DNA of 64,000 bases from an uncultured delta proteobacterium. Its GTDB lineage: Bacteria; Myxococcota_A; Polyangia; Haliangiales; Haliangiaceae. Positions 48,330 through 60,540 of this stretch are shown one piece after another (position 1 is the stretch's first letter; every line of letters begins with the position of its first letter). A program made the position numbers and the translations under genes. The notes under the pieces were generated by a model, which saw nothing but the letters and a program-made list of their open reading frames with translations, was not told the origin of the DNA and did no database searches. Location of the stretch: contig CAWKDB010000010.1 in NCBI GenBank assembly GCA_963848295.1, positions 4,160,001 through 4,224,000 of the forward strand, in the 5' to 3' direction.

Positions 48330-50267
48330 ATGCTCGTTGACTGGAACGTCCCATTCCGAGCGTTGATCGACGCCGCGCCGGACGGCCTCGTCGTAGTCGA
48401 CACGCACGGCACGATCGCGCTCGTCAACGCCGAGGCCGAGCGGATGTTCGGATATTCCCACGATCACCTGCTGAACCAGCCGATCGACATGCTCGTCCCC
48501 GATTCGGTCCGCCCGCGGCACGCGGGTCACCTGGCCGGCTACGTGTCCGCACCCAAGCTCCGCCCGATGGGCTCGAACCTCGATCTGCGCGGCCGGCGCA
48601 AAGACGGCACGGAGTTCCCGGTCGAGATCAGCTTGGCGCCGATCACGACCGATCGCGGCACGCTGATCATCGCCGGGATCCGCGATGTCACCGATCGGCG
48701 CCAGCTCGAGCGACAGCATCGCCGCGCGAGCGCGTACCTGGTCTCCGCGGTCGACGCCGTGCAGGACGCCTTCACGTTGTTCGACGAGCAGGATCGCGTG
48801 ATGATGGTGAACAGCGCCGCGCGCCAACTATTGGGGGGCCCGAGCGGCGAGGCGATCGTCGGCCGTCGCTTCGACGAGCTCCTCCGCGACGCGCTCGCGA
48901 GCGGCGTGTTCGATTTCAGCGACGAGACGCGCGAGTCACTGCAGCGGCGCTGGCTCGACTACCATCGAGCGCCGTCGGGCACGCTCGAGGTTCGCACGGG
49001 AACCGGCCGTTATCTGCGCGTGACCGAGCGCAAGACCGCCGATCACGGCACGGTCTCGACGATCGCGGATGTGACCGACGATGTCGCGCGCGCCGAGGAG
49101 CTGGGGCGTGCACGCGAGATCGCCGAAGCGGCGAGCGCGGCCAAGAGCGAGTTCCTGTCCTCGATGAGCCACGAGCTGCGGACGCCACTCAACGCGGTCC
49201 TGGGGTTCGCCCAGCTGCTCGAGCGCGACCGCAAGCAGCCGCTCAGCGATCGCCAGCTCGAACGGCTCGGTCACGTGATGCGCGGCGGCGAGCACCTCCT
49301 GCGGCTGATCGACGACGTCTTGGACCTCTCGCGGATCGAAGCCGGCCGTGTCGCGATCTCGTCCGAGCCCGTCGAGGTCGGCGAGGTGCTCGGGGAAGTC
49401 GTTCATACACTCGAGCCGATGGCGCACCGTGCGCAGATCGGGCTCGCGGTGCAGCCGACACCGGTGGTGTTGCCCTGTGTCCTCGCCGATCGCACGCGGC
49501 TGTCGCAGATCCTCATGAACTTCGGCTCGAACGCGATCAAGTACGGCAAGCCCAACGGCCACGTCACATTTCGCACCGCCACGATCGGCGATGCGGTGCG
49601 CATCACCGTGGAAGACGACGGCATCGGGATTCCTGACGACAAGCGCGACAAGATCTTCGAGCCGTTTCAGCGCGCGGGCCAGGAAGCGGGGCCGATCGAG
49701 GGGACGGGCATCGGCCTCACGATCAGCAAGCGGCTCGCCGAGATGATGCGGGCGAGCGTCGGGTTCTCCAGCGACGTTGGTCGCGGCTCCGAGTTCTGGA
49801 TCGATCTCGCGATTCACCGCGCGCAGAGCGGCGAGACCCCCACCGCAGTCGCGTCGCCATGGACCGGTTCGCGTCTCGCGGCGGCACCGGGCCGACACCT
49901 GGTGGTTTACGTCGAAGACAACCCATCGAACATCGCGTTCATGCGCCATCTCGTCGAAGAGCTCGCCACGGTGGAGCTCATGACCGCGCCTACCGCGGAG
50001 ATCGGCATCGAGCTGATCCGCGCGCACCGTCCGAAGGTCGTCATCATGGACATCAACCTCCCGGGCATGAGCGGCCTCGAAGCGGTCAAGCGTCTGCGCG
50101 AACTGCCCGAGACGCGCGAAATCCCAGTGATCGGTCTGTCGGCCGCGGCCCTGGTCAAGGATACGTCCCGCGCGAAGGACGCTGGGTTCTATCGTTACCT
50201 CACCAAGCCGGTGAAGGTCGCCGAGCTCACGCAAGCGCTCGAAGAGCTGCTCGTCGGTCCGGTCTAG
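48330..50267 (+). CDS. PAS-PAS hybrid histidine kinase/response regulator
   Basis: PAS GRRKDGTEFPVEISL, H-box MSHELRTPLN, N/G boxes and receiver YVEDN...MDINLP...KP. Confidence 0.93.
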   Translation: MLVDWNVPFRALIDAAPDGLVVVDTHGTIALVNAEAERMFGYSHDHLLNQPIDMLVPDSVRPRHAGHLAGYVSAPKLRPMGSNLDLRGRRKDGTEFPVEISLAPITTDRGTLIIAGIRDVTDRRQLERQHRRASAYLVSAVDAVQDAFTLFDEQDRVMMVNSAARQLLGGPSGEAIVGRRFDELLRDALASGVFDFSDETRESLQRRWLDYHRAPSGTLEVRTGTGRYLRVTERKTADHGTVSTIADVTDDVARAEELGRAREIAEAASAAKSEFLSSMSHELRTPLNAVLGFAQLLERDRKQPLSDRQLERLGHVMRGGEHLLRLIDDVLDLSRIEAGRVAISSEPVEVGEVLGEVVHTLEPMAHRAQIGLAVQPTPVVLPCVLADRTRLSQILMNFGSNAIKYGKPNGHVTFRTATIGDAVRITVEDDGIGIPDDKRDKIFEPFQRAGQEAGPIEGTGIGLTISKRLAEMMRASVGFSSDVGRGSEFWIDLAIHRAQSGETPTAVASPWTGSRLAAAPGRHLVVYVEDNPSNIAFMRHLVEELATVELMTAPTAEIGIELIRAHRPKVVIMDINLPGMSGLEAVKRLRELPETREIPVIGLSAAALVKDTSRAKDAGFYRYLTKPVKVAELTQALEELLVGPV

Positions 50268-50369
50268 CCGCCGGAACTACGGGCGCGGTGGACCGCACCG
50301 CAACATCTGCGCGATCGCTGCCCCGTTCGCAGCAGTTTGCTGGCCTGGTTCGTGAAACAGCACCTGGCC

Positions 50370-50813
50370 ATGGTTCCGAAGACGATCCTGGTCCCCACCG
50401 ACTTCAGCGCGAACGCCGAAGAGGCGCTCGATTACGCCGTGGCGCTTGCCGGCAAGCTCGATGCGCGAGTCTACGTGCTCAATGTAATCGCGATGCAGAT
50501 GTTCGGTGCCGAGTACGGCGTCGCGGTCACCCAGGCGATGGTCGAAGACGTCACGCGGGGCAACCAAGCGGCCCTCGACAAGCTGATCGCCGCACGCACC
50601 GGGAGATCCGCGTTTGGTCCCGCTCAGCTGGAGTACGGCGATGCTCGCGCGGTGATCGAGGCGGTCGCTCGGAAGCTCGGCGCGGACTTGATCGTGATGG
50701 GCACGCACGGGCGGCGCGGGCTCAAGCGCCTGCTGCTCGGCAGTGTCGCCGAGTCTGTCATTCGCACCGCGCCGTGTCCTGTCTTGTTGGTCCGTGCGAC
50801 CGAGGTCAGTTGA
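50370..50813 (+). CDS. universal stress protein
   Basis: ILVPTDFS, DLIVMGTHGR and LGSVAESVIR.APCPVL motifs. Confidence 0.93.
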   Translation: MVPKTILVPTDFSANAEEALDYAVALAGKLDARVYVLNVIAMQMFGAEYGVAVTQAMVEDVTRGNQAALDKLIAARTGRSAFGPAQLEYGDARAVIEAVARKLGADLIVMGTHGRRGLKRLLLGSVAESVIRTAPCPVLLVRATEVS

Positions 50814-50967
50814 CGAAAGCGGAGCGACGGATGTTGCAACTGCAGAGCGACAACTGCGCGGATCTCGCACGGCGCGAATGCCGCGACGCAGAACCAGCAG
50901 ATCCTGCGGGCGCTGGCCCTGGGCCGCAAATCTTGCGCGGATCTTTCCGGAACTAGCTAACCAAGCG

Positions 50968-50982
50968 TGGCACGCTCCTCGC
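50968..50982 (+). promoter_or_regulatory. sigma54 promoter of the NtrC-like/globin kinase operon
   Basis: TGGCACGCTCCTCGC (GG-N10-GC). Confidence 0.6.
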
Positions 50983-51005
50983 TACATTGGCCGCGAGAGG
51001 TCAGC

Positions 51006-52398
<1,393 letters not shown>

Positions 52399-52415
<17 letters not shown>

Positions 52416-53589
52416 CTCGGTCCTCGCCGAGATTTTGACTTCGGTAGCGCTCGACGAGGCCGATCGCGCGCGGCTCGTCGCTCTGCGCGCGCGGTTAGCG
52501 TCGCAGTTTCCGGAGATCGCCGATCGATTCTACGACAGGGTGCGCGCGAACCCCGCGACCGCTCAGCTGATATCCGACCCCGAGCAAGTCGCGAGGCTAC
52601 ACGCGACGCTCATCGAGTGGATGTCGAGCGGCTTGCTCGGCCCCTACGACGAGGCGTTCTCCGCCAAGCGCTCGCGGATCGGCCGGCGCCACGTCGAGAT
52701 CGGCTTGCCGCAGCACTACATGTTCACCGCGATGAGCACGATCCGCGGCGAGTACGACGATCGGATCTCCGCACTCTACGATCCCGCGGAGGCGAGGTTG
52801 GTGTCGAAGTCGGTCGACAAGTTGCTCGACGTCGAGCTCGCGTTGATGCTGCGCCACTACCAGCTCGACTCCGAGGCCAAGCTCGTCGAGAGCGAGCGAC
52901 GCGTGCACTCCGACCGCGTGATCGCGATCCAGACGCTATCCGCCGGACTCGCGCACGAGGTCCGCAACCCGCTGAACTCGGCCAAGCTCCAGCTCGAGTT
53001 GCTCGAGCGGCGCCTCAAGCGTGAGGGCGGCGACCCCAAGCTCGTCGATCCCGTCGACCTCGCTAACGAAGAGATCGAGCGGCTCACTCGGCTGCTCAAC
53101 GAGTTCCTCGCGTTCGCGCGTCCGCCGGATCTCGCGCTCGGCGATCACGATGTCGTCGCGATCGCGCGCAACGTCGTGACGAGCGACCGGATGCTATGCA
53201 CGCAGCGCGGAGCGGCCCTGGAGCTCGAGCCCCACGAACCGCTGGTCGCGCGCATCGACGCGACGAAGCTCGAGCAGATCGTCCACAACCTCGTCCGCAA
53301 CTCGATCGAGGCTGTGTCCGCGGGTGGGCACGTCAGGGTCGCCGTTCGCGGCGACGATTCGCACGTTAACGTGTGCGTCGAAGACGACGGTCCCGGCATC
53401 CCGGCCGCGATTCAAGCGCGGATCTACGAGCCGTTCTTCACGACCAAGGACAGCGGCACCGGCCTCGGCATGTCGATCGTCCACAGCATGGTCACCCTGC
53501 ACGGCGGCACCATCGCGATCGAATCGAGCTCGAACGGCACGCGGTTCGACGTCGCGATCCCGCGTCAGCCCCCAGGCCGCAGCCGCTGA
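52399..53589 (+). CDS. globin-coupled histidine kinase
   Basis: Sensor globin (FYD with B10 Tyr; IGRRHVEIGL with F8 His), AHEVRNPL and a HATPase domain. Confidence 0.9.
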
Positions 53590-53820
53590 CCAGCGACGAT
53601 CGAGCTCACCCCTCTCTCCAGGTCGGCGATCGACGGCGCCGTGAACAACGCGTCGAGCTCGTCGAGCGACGGTCGCGATATCGGTGCGCCACGGTGAGGT
53701 GATCTCCAGGGTTCTCCGCCCATGGCCGAGCTCTATACAGGTTGCACGTGGGCATCGAACCCACCGCAAGTCCTCCGGCCCGGGTCCGTCAGGTTGACAA
53801 AGCTCTTCGCAGGCCGTCGC

Positions 53821-54777
53821 TTACGCTCGTCGCCGACGTTGCAAAGTTCGAAGGCTGACGCCCAAACGTTTCGCTGCGTGGGTGAGATTTCCATGCTCCG
53901 CGGCGACGACTCGGTCGATCACGCGGTCCACGATCTCGCCGAGTGAACGAGTGAGGTCAACCTCGAACGCACTCCCGGATGGTTCCATTCTAGCGGCGCC
54001 TTCGAATCCGGGGGGCAGGTCCTTGATGTGGACGGTTCGGCCGGAGCGCAAGATCGTCACGAATTCGATCACGTTTCGCAGCTGTCGAACGTTGCCAGGC
54101 CACTCGTGCGCGACGAAGGCTGCCCGGGTGTTGCGCGTCAGCTTTGGTGGCTCGCAGCCGTGGATCGCCGACAGCTGGGCGACGAACGCGTCGATCAGCG
54201 CGGGGATATCGCGCCGCCGCTCGCGCAGCGGCGGGACGTTCAACGTGATGCCCTCGATCCGATAGTACAGGTCGGCACGAAACCGGCCTGCACGAACTTC
54301 CTCGCCAAGCGGCCTGAGCGTGGCGAGCACGACGCGCGCGTTGACTTCGAGCTTCTTCGTGCCCCCGACGCGCATGAAGCGGTGGGTCTCGAGGAACCGC
54401 AACAGCTTCGGCTGGAGCGCCAGCGGCATCTCCGCGACCTCGTCGAGGAACAGCGTGCCCCCGCTCGCCATCTCGACTTTACCGAGTCCGCGGTCGGTCG
54501 CGCCGGTGAACGCTCCGCGCTCGTGACCGAAGAGCTCGCTCTCGAACAGCGCCTCCGGGATCGCCGCGCAATTGATCGGCACGAATGGCCCGGTGCGACA
54601 GGCGGACAGATCGTGGAGGCGACGCGCCATCACTTCCTTGCCGGCCCCGCTCTCTCCTACGAAGGTGACCGTGACGTTCTTACTCGCGACCGCTCGTAGG
54701 ATGCGATCGAACGTCCGCATGACCGGCGAAGCCATCATCGGCTCGAGCACGACGACCGGAGAAGCCTTGCGGGTCAT
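53821..54777 (-). CDS. sigma54 enhancer-binding protein lacking a sensory domain
   Basis: [27 protein letters not shown] and an HTH, with only a short N-terminal extension. Confidence 0.9.
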   Translation of the reverse strand: MTRKASPVVVLEPMMASPVMRTFDRILRAVASKNVTVTFVGESGAGKEVMARRLHDLSACRTGPFVPINCAAIPEALFESELFGHERGAFTGATDRGLGKVEMASGGTLFLDEVAEMPLALQPKLLRFLETHRFMRVGGTKKLEVNARVVLATLRPLGEEVRAGRFRADLYYRIEGITLNVPPLRERRRDIPALIDAFVAQLSAIHGCEPPKLTRNTRAAFVAHEWPGNVRQLRNVIEFVTILRSGRTVHIKDLPPGFEGAARMEPSGSAFEVDLTRSLGEIVDRVIDRVVAAEHGNLTHAAKRLGVSLRTLQRRRRA

Positions 54778-54847
54778 TGCAGCTCGCGACACTACGACAC
54801 TTTGCCACGGCGCGCCCGATGCGCGAAAGCGGCGCAGTCGAAGCCGA

Positions 54848-55213
54848 TCACGCGCGATGCGGCTCGTTCGCGCGCAGGGCGTCCACCAAGTCCCAACCGA
54901 ATGACGGCGCTGGGAGCACACGAAGCCGCTCGCCGTAGCTCGCGACCAGCTCGGTCAGGGCCGTTGGCTTGGACGTCACGATGACGACCCGCTTGGTCTT
55001 GCCGAGCTTCATCCAGAAACGAACGCTCGCCACCAGCTCGCTGCTAGACGCAACCTGGGGGCTGATCACGACCAACGCCGCGAACGCGCTCGATACCTCG
55101 AGCTCCTCGCATTCGTGAACCTCGAAGCCTGCGCTCCGCAGATAACTCGCGAGCGCGCCCCGCGTCTCGCCAGCGGGCGCGATCAGAGCGACGGGTTGTT
55201 TGGTCGCTATCAA
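54848..55213 (-). CDS. degenerate receiver-like protein
   Basis: CheY-like beta/alpha pattern ([18 protein letters not shown]) with no acidic pocket. TTGA overlap with the upstream gene. Confidence 0.55.
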   Translation of the reverse strand: MIATKQPVALIAPAGETRGALASYLRSAGFEVHECEELEVSSAFAALVVISPQVASSSELVASVRFWMKLGKTKRVVIVTSKPTALTELVASYGERLRVLPAPSFGWDLVDALRANEPHRA

Positions 55214-56004
55214 AGCCCGTCCCCCTCGGCAAGAACCTTACGGGCTTGGCCGAGCAGTCCGATCAACCCCTCGAGGATCGTGAATGGGTGTGGCGGACAG
55301 CCGGGCACGTAGAGGTCGACAGGAACCGTCGAGTCCGCGCCGTCGTTCGCCTCGGCGTGGCCGATGTACGGCCCTCCGGAGATCGCGCAGGCTCCGACCG
55401 CGACGACGATCTTCGGCTCCGGAATGGCGTCGTACGTCTTCCGCAACGCGTCCCGCATGTTGCTCGTGACCGGGCCGGTGATGAGGAGGCCGTCCGCATG
55501 CCGCGGCGACGCGACGAACTGGATCCCGAATCTCCCGAGATCGAAGACGACGGTGCCGAGGACGTTCACGTCCGACTCGCACCCGTTGCATCCTCCGGCG
55601 CTGACGACGCGCAGCTTGAGCGACCGGCCGAGCATTCGACGGAGGCTACCGGTGAGCTCGAGCTGGCGTTTCTCGCCCGGTTCCGACGGCGAACGGACGA
55701 TCAGTCGCGCTTTCACACGTTCGGCCAGACGGAACTCGGGCGAAAAAGCGATCGCGTCTGCCGGGCACGCGTCGACGCAGTCCGCACAAAACAGGCAGCG
55801 CGCCATATCGAGCGCGAGCGCGCCCGCGGTAGCGTCGAGCGCGTGGGTCGGGCAACTCTCGATGCACGCGCGGCAGCCATCCGCGCAACGCGACGCATCG
55901 AGCGACGGCCGGCCGCGAAACCGGGGCGGCAGGCTCGGTTCCTCGTCGGGGAACCGATGGGTGCGGGTTCCTTGATGTAGACGGGCGCGGAGGATGTTCA
56001 GCAT
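55210..56004 (-). CDS. hyfI: Ehr/Hyf small subunit: 2[4Fe-4S] ferredoxin fused to a NuoB/HyfI-like domain
   Basis: CADGCRACIESCP, CLFCADCVDACP, GGCNGCE, SPRHAD, GACA and PGCPP motifs. Confidence 0.88.
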   Translation of the reverse strand: MLNILRARLHQGTRTHRFPDEEPSLPPRFRGRPSLDASRCADGCRACIESCPTHALDATAGALALDMARCLFCADCVDACPADAIAFSPEFRLAERVKARLIVRSPSEPGEKRQLELTGSLRRMLGRSLKLRVVSAGGCNGCESDVNVLGTVVFDLGRFGIQFVASPRHADGLLITGPVTSNMRDALRKTYDAIPEPKIVVAVGACAISGGPYIGHAEANDGADSTVPVDLYVPGCPPHPFTILEGLIGLLGQARKVLAEGDGL

Positions 56005-56013
56005 TCCATCACC

Positions 56014-57549
56014 TCAGAGGTCGTGACCGCAGTACGAGAGGTTGAAGCTCTTGTTGCAGAGCGGGAAGTCGGAGACCTGCTGACCGCGCAGCGCGATCGC
56101 GAGAACCATCCAGTTGTGAAATGACGGATCGACGACCTTGTACGTCGCGAACCGGCCGGCGGAATCGGTGACCGCGACGTGGCAGATCTCGCCGCGCCAG
56201 CCTTCGACAAGCGAGACCGTCACGTGGTCGGGTCTCAGAGCGGGGACTCCGACGATCGTTCGTCCCCCGGGCATCATGCGGAGCTCGCGCTTGATGAATT
56301 CGACGGACCGTCGCACCTCGAGGAACCGGACGAACGCACGCGCGAACACGTCGCCGCTCGAGAGGGTCGTGATCGGAACGTGCGCGAAACGATAATAGCC
56401 GCTGGGATGAGTCGTTCGGATGTCGCGATGCAGCCCGGATGCGCGCGCGACGAGGCCCACCGCGCCGAGCTGACCGGCAAGCGCGCGCGTGACGCGGCCG
56501 GTCTCTTCGAAGCGCGACTGGACCGATCCGGCATCCCACAACAAGTGAACGGCTTGCTCGGTCTCGCCGAGCGCGCGCTCCAGTCGGATGATGACGCTCT
56601 CGACCAGGTCCGGCGTCAAATCGAACCGGGTCCCACCGGGGCGGACCATGCCCCGCCCGAACCGGCTGCCGCATAGCTCGGCGGTGAGATTGAGGTAGTC
56701 GCCGCGGAGCCGCCCGCAGAATGCGGCGGTCGGCGAGAACCCGATATCGCCGGAGAGTGCGCCGAGGTCGCCGACGTGGTTCGCGAGGCGCTCGAGCTCG
56801 AGGGCGATCGCGCGAAGCGCGAGCCCGCGCGCCGCAGCGGAGATGTCTGCGAGCGCTTCGACCGCTTGGCAGTATGCGGTAGCGTGCCCGATGGTGGTGT
56901 CGCCGGCGAGCGTCTCCGCGTAGTGGATGGTCCGCGCGTCGGGCCCGCCGACGAGTGCCCGTTCGACGCCGCGATGTTGATAGCCGAGCGAGATCTCGAG
57001 ATGCAGCACGTTCTCGCCGTAGCACTGGAATCGGAAATGCCCGGGCTCGATCACCCCGGCGTGCACCGGCCCCACGGCCACCTCATGGACTTCGCCGCCT
57101 TCGATCGCGTAGAAGCTCGTCGGACCGCTCGTCAGCTGATCGCCGGTCACTGCCCGGTGGGGTGGCGGATGGCGGACCGGCTTCAACCACGGATGGCCGT
57201 GCGGGGTCACGCCCCACTGCTCGGCGAGCTCGCGCTCGAACAGATGAACCTCGGGACAATCCGCGGTCATCGAGGGGAAGCCAGCGGCGCCGATCTCCGT
57301 GCGTGCGAGCTCGAGTAGGCCCTCGTCGTCGCGCGCGAGGACGACGATCATCTCGAGTTGGCCGTTGGTCGGACGTCCGAACAATGCGCAGACGCGCCGG
57401 CCACGTTCGCGCGCGCCGACCACGAGATGACGAAACTCGGCGAGCTCGCACCGTGGAATCGCGGCCAGCGGTCTGGCGGAGCCGTTCTGCATCGCGAGCA
57501 CGGAGGCCACGCCCGCCGACGGTGGGACGATGCGCACGATCGCGCTCAT
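56014..57549 (-). CDS. hyfG: Ehr large subunit (NuoCD/HyfG-like) lacking NiFe CxxC motifs
   Basis: VGPVHAGVIEPGHFRF, GYQHRGVE and EGWRGE motifs. L1 site reads ETLAGDTTIGH and the C-terminus reads NKSFNLSYCGHDL. Confidence 0.9.
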   Translation of the reverse strand: MSAIVRIVPPSAGVASVLAMQNGSARPLAAIPRCELAEFRHLVVGARERGRRVCALFGRPTNGQLEMIVVLARDDEGLLELARTEIGAAGFPSMTADCPEVHLFERELAEQWGVTPHGHPWLKPVRHPPPHRAVTGDQLTSGPTSFYAIEGGEVHEVAVGPVHAGVIEPGHFRFQCYGENVLHLEISLGYQHRGVERALVGGPDARTIHYAETLAGDTTIGHATAYCQAVEALADISAAARGLALRAIALELERLANHVGDLGALSGDIGFSPTAAFCGRLRGDYLNLTAELCGSRFGRGMVRPGGTRFDLTPDLVESVIIRLERALGETEQAVHLLWDAGSVQSRFEETGRVTRALAGQLGAVGLVARASGLHRDIRTTHPSGYYRFAHVPITTLSSGDVFARAFVRFLEVRRSVEFIKRELRMMPGGRTIVGVPALRPDHVTVSLVEGWRGEICHVAVTDSAGRFATYKVVDPSFHNWMVLAIALRGQQVSDFPLCNKSFNLSYCGHDL

Positions 57550-58973
57550 GATCGCATCTCCACGAACGCGGCTGCATCGCGAAGGAGTGAGTCGAGCCAC
57601 GATGGAACGTAGATCCCGAGGACCAGCACGACGGCGAGACAACAGGCAGCAGGAAGGACTGTCATGACCGGTTCGCGCACGCGCCGAGTGTTGTCAGGCG
57701 CGGCACCCAGGACGACGCGGATGACGACCGCGGCCATTCCAATGAACACGATCGCGAGCAGTCCGAGGAACAATCCGCCGGCCCAGTACTCCCCAGCTCG
57801 AAATGATGCTCGCACGATCGCGAGCTCGCTGATGAACAGCCCGAACGGCGGCGAGCCAGCGATCGCGAAGAATCCGAGCAGGAACAGGCCGGCCGTCGCC
57901 GGGACGCGTTGCAGCGCGCCGGAGACCTCGGCGGTGAGCTTGCTCCCATAGGTGTGATGCAGGTTCCCGGCGGTCATGAACAGCACGCCCTTGCCGAAGC
58001 TGTTGTTGAGGATGTGGAGAAGAGCGCCGTAGGTCCCGAGCCCACCCATGCCGAGTCCGAACGCGACGATGCCCATGTGCTCGACGCTCGAGTAGGCGAG
58101 CATTCGCTTGTAGTCGCGTTGACGGATCATGAACGCGGCCGCGACGCCGATCGAGATCAAGCCGAACGCCAGTAGGAGTGAGCGCGCCAGGCCTCCGTCG
58201 CCCGCGGCGTTCATGATCTGGACGAAGCGAAGCAGCGCGCAGAACGCACAGGTCGTGAGCCCACCGGCGAGCAAAGCGCCCACGATGCCGGGCGCTTCGC
58301 CGTAGACGTCCGGCTTCCACGTGTGCATCGGCGCGAGCCCGATCTTGGTCCCGTAACCGATCAGCAGGATCACGAACGCGGCGTGGAGCCAGGGCTTGGA
58401 CAACCGCGTCGCTTCCTGGACGAGATCCTCGAATAACAGCGACGTGTGCAAGCCGCTGTGAAAGGCCGAAGACGCCAGGAAGAACGACCCGAACAACGCG
58501 AACGCGATACCGACCGAGCCGATCAGCAGGTACTTCCAGGTCGCCTCGAGGGAACGCGAGGTCCGATGAAAGTACACGAGCGGAGCCGTCGCGAGCGTGG
58601 AGGTCTCGATCCCGACCCACATGAGCCCGAGATGGTGAGACAGCGCGACCAGCGACATCGTTCCGATCAGCGCGATCAACGATGCGCAGAAGACTCGGTT
58701 CGGACGCTCGGGCCGGGCCGCGAGATAGGAAGGAACGTAGAACGAGCACACGAGATACTGGGCGCTGAGGATCGGCAGGATCAGCCGTCCGAGGGTGCCG
58801 AGGGTCAACCACCGGTCGAACATCGCCGGCGGCGGCGTGATCACGACGACCGCGGTCAAGGCTGCATGAATCGTCGCTCCGATCGGAACGAGCCACGCGC
58901 GCGCGCGCGCCGACGGCACGACCATCGCGGCAGCGCCGAGCACGAGAGGAAGCACGATCAAGATCAGGAGCAC
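57546..58973 (-). CDS. hyfF: HyfF-like antiporter-type membrane subunit
   Basis: SLEATWKY, GYGTKIGLAPMHTWKPD and KRMLAYSSVEH motifs. Confidence 0.9.
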   Translation of the reverse strand: MLLILIVLPLVLGAAAMVVPSARARAWLVPIGATIHAALTAVVVITPPPAMFDRWLTLGTLGRLILPILSAQYLVCSFYVPSYLAARPERPNRVFCASLIALIGTMSLVALSHHLGLMWVGIETSTLATAPLVYFHRTSRSLEATWKYLLIGSVGIAFALFGSFFLASSAFHSGLHTSLLFEDLVQEATRLSKPWLHAAFVILLIGYGTKIGLAPMHTWKPDVYGEAPGIVGALLAGGLTTCAFCALLRFVQIMNAAGDGGLARSLLLAFGLISIGVAAAFMIRQRDYKRMLAYSSVEHMGIVAFGLGMGGLGTYGALLHILNNSFGKGVLFMTAGNLHHTYGSKLTAEVSGALQRVPATAGLFLLGFFAIAGSPPFGLFISELAIVRASFRAGEYWAGGLFLGLLAIVFIGMAAVVIRVVLGAAPDNTRRVREPVMTVLPAACCLAVVLVLGIYVPSWLDSLLRDAAAFVEMRS

Positions 58974-58977
58974 GCGA

Positions 58978-59619
58978 TCATTCCTTCAGCGAGGTGAGCT
59001 CGGCGGCATCGGCCGACCCGAAATCGCGGCCGACATGGTTGATGATGATCCCCATCACGAAGATCGCGACGAACAGGTCGAGCAGCACACCGATCTCGAC
59101 GAGGAACGGCATGGCGTCGAGCAACGCGAGGCCCATGATGAAGATGCCGTTCTCGAGGATCAGGTAGCCGACAACTTGAGTGATCGCCTTGCGTCGCGTG
59201 GTCAGGACGATGCAACCGGTGAGCACCGTGGCGAACGAGCTGGGCAGGATCAGGGACCCCTCCGATCCAGGCGCCAGTGGAAGGGTTCGAGCGAAGATCA
59301 CCGAGAACACGGTGCCCAACGCGCCGATCACGAGCGATGGGATCAAGCCGATCAGCGGCTCCACATCGCGAACGATCGCAGCGTCCCGCACCGCCTTATA
59401 GAGCAGACGTGGAATCACGAGTGCCTTGACCGCGATCGCGACGAGCGCCACCGCGACGACCTCGATAGTCACGTCGACGTGCGCGGTGACTGCGAGGATG
59501 CCGAGACAGACGCCCTGCCATGCGGTCGCTGCGATCACCGGGCGAAGCCGGCTCGCCCCGAGGACGAAGAGATTCAGCAATAAGACCGTGACGAGGAGTG
59601 GATCGAAGACCGCCGACAT
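58978..59619 (-). CDS. hyfE: HyfE-like membrane subunit
   Basis: QVVGYLILENGI and VEIGVLLD motifs. Confidence 0.88.
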   Translation of the reverse strand: MSAVFDPLLVTVLLLNLFVLGASRLRPVIAATAWQGVCLGILAVTAHVDVTIEVVAVALVAIAVKALVIPRLLYKAVRDAAIVRDVEPLIGLIPSLVIGALGTVFSVIFARTLPLAPGSEGSLILPSSFATVLTGCIVLTTRRKAITQVVGYLILENGIFIMGLALLDAMPFLVEIGVLLDLFVAIFVMGIIINHVGRDFGSADAAELTSLKE

Positions 59620-59622
59620 AGG

Positions 59623-60540
59623 TCACCGCACCAAGAGGACGAGGGCGAGCGCGCAGAACAGGCATCCGGACAGCAGCAGCGCCGGGACATAAGGCATGCG
59701 CAGCCGCGCGGTCACCGACTCGATCACGCCGACCGCGATCGCGATCGCGACCAGGCCCGCGACGAACACGACCCAGACGAGCCACGCAGGCTGGTCGAGC
59801 GGAATCGCGACCCGGACCAACAGCGAAGCGAACACGAACAGCTTGAGGGCTGCGCCGTACTGGATCACGCCGAGCAACGGCCCGCCATGGTCCAGGATCA
59901 TGACCTCGTGGACCATCGTGAGCTCGAGATGCGTGTTCGGATCGTCGATGGGGATGCGGCTGTTTTCGGCGAGGAGCACCACCAAGAGCCCTGCCGCGAC
60001 CAGCACCAGCGAAGCGCCGGCGACCGACCACACGTGGGCGATCGACGGGCCGAGAAATCCCGAGAGCGACAGCGATCCGGTGGCGCGGGCGACCGCGAGC
60101 AGTCCGAGGACGAATGCGGGCTCCGCGAGGCATGCGAACGTGGCTTCACGCGCGGCGCCCATGCCCTCGAACGACGAGCCGGTATCGAGCCCGGCGGCCA
60201 TCGTGAAGTACCGCGACAAGCCGAGGACGTAGGCGAGCACGATGAAGTCGCCGTCGAACGACCACAGCGCCGGACCCTGCCCGATCGGGACGAGCGAAGC
60301 CGCGACCAGCGCGCCTACGAGCGCGACGGCCGGACCGGCCAGGAACACCCAGCTCGTCGTCCGGCTGAGGACCGAGTCCTTCGCGACTAGCTTGATCAGA
60401 TCGTAGTACGGCTGTAGCAGCGGCGGTCCGACCCGCCCGGCAAACCGCGCCTTCGTCCGCGCGATCACGCCGAGCAGGAGCGGGGGGAAGCCCACGATCA
60501 GCCCGCCCTTGCCGATCACCCGCGCGACATCCGTCCACAT
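59623..60540 (-). CDS. hyfC: HyfC/NuoH-like membrane subunit
   Basis: GRVGPPLLQPYYDLIKL, DTGSSFEGMGAARE and HLELTMVHE motifs. Confidence 0.9.
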   Translation of the reverse strand: MWTDVARVIGKGGLIVGFPPLLLGVIARTKARFAGRVGPPLLQPYYDLIKLVAKDSVLSRTTSWVFLAGPAVALVGALVAASLVPIGQGPALWSFDGDFIVLAYVLGLSRYFTMAAGLDTGSSFEGMGAAREATFACLAEPAFVLGLLAVARATGSLSLSGFLGPSIAHVWSVAGASLVLVAAGLLVVLLAENSRIPIDDPNTHLELTMVHEVMILDHGGPLLGVIQYGAALKLFVFASLLVRVAIPLDQPAWLVWVVFVAGLVAIAIAVGVIESVTARLRMPYVPALLLSGCLFCALALVLLVR

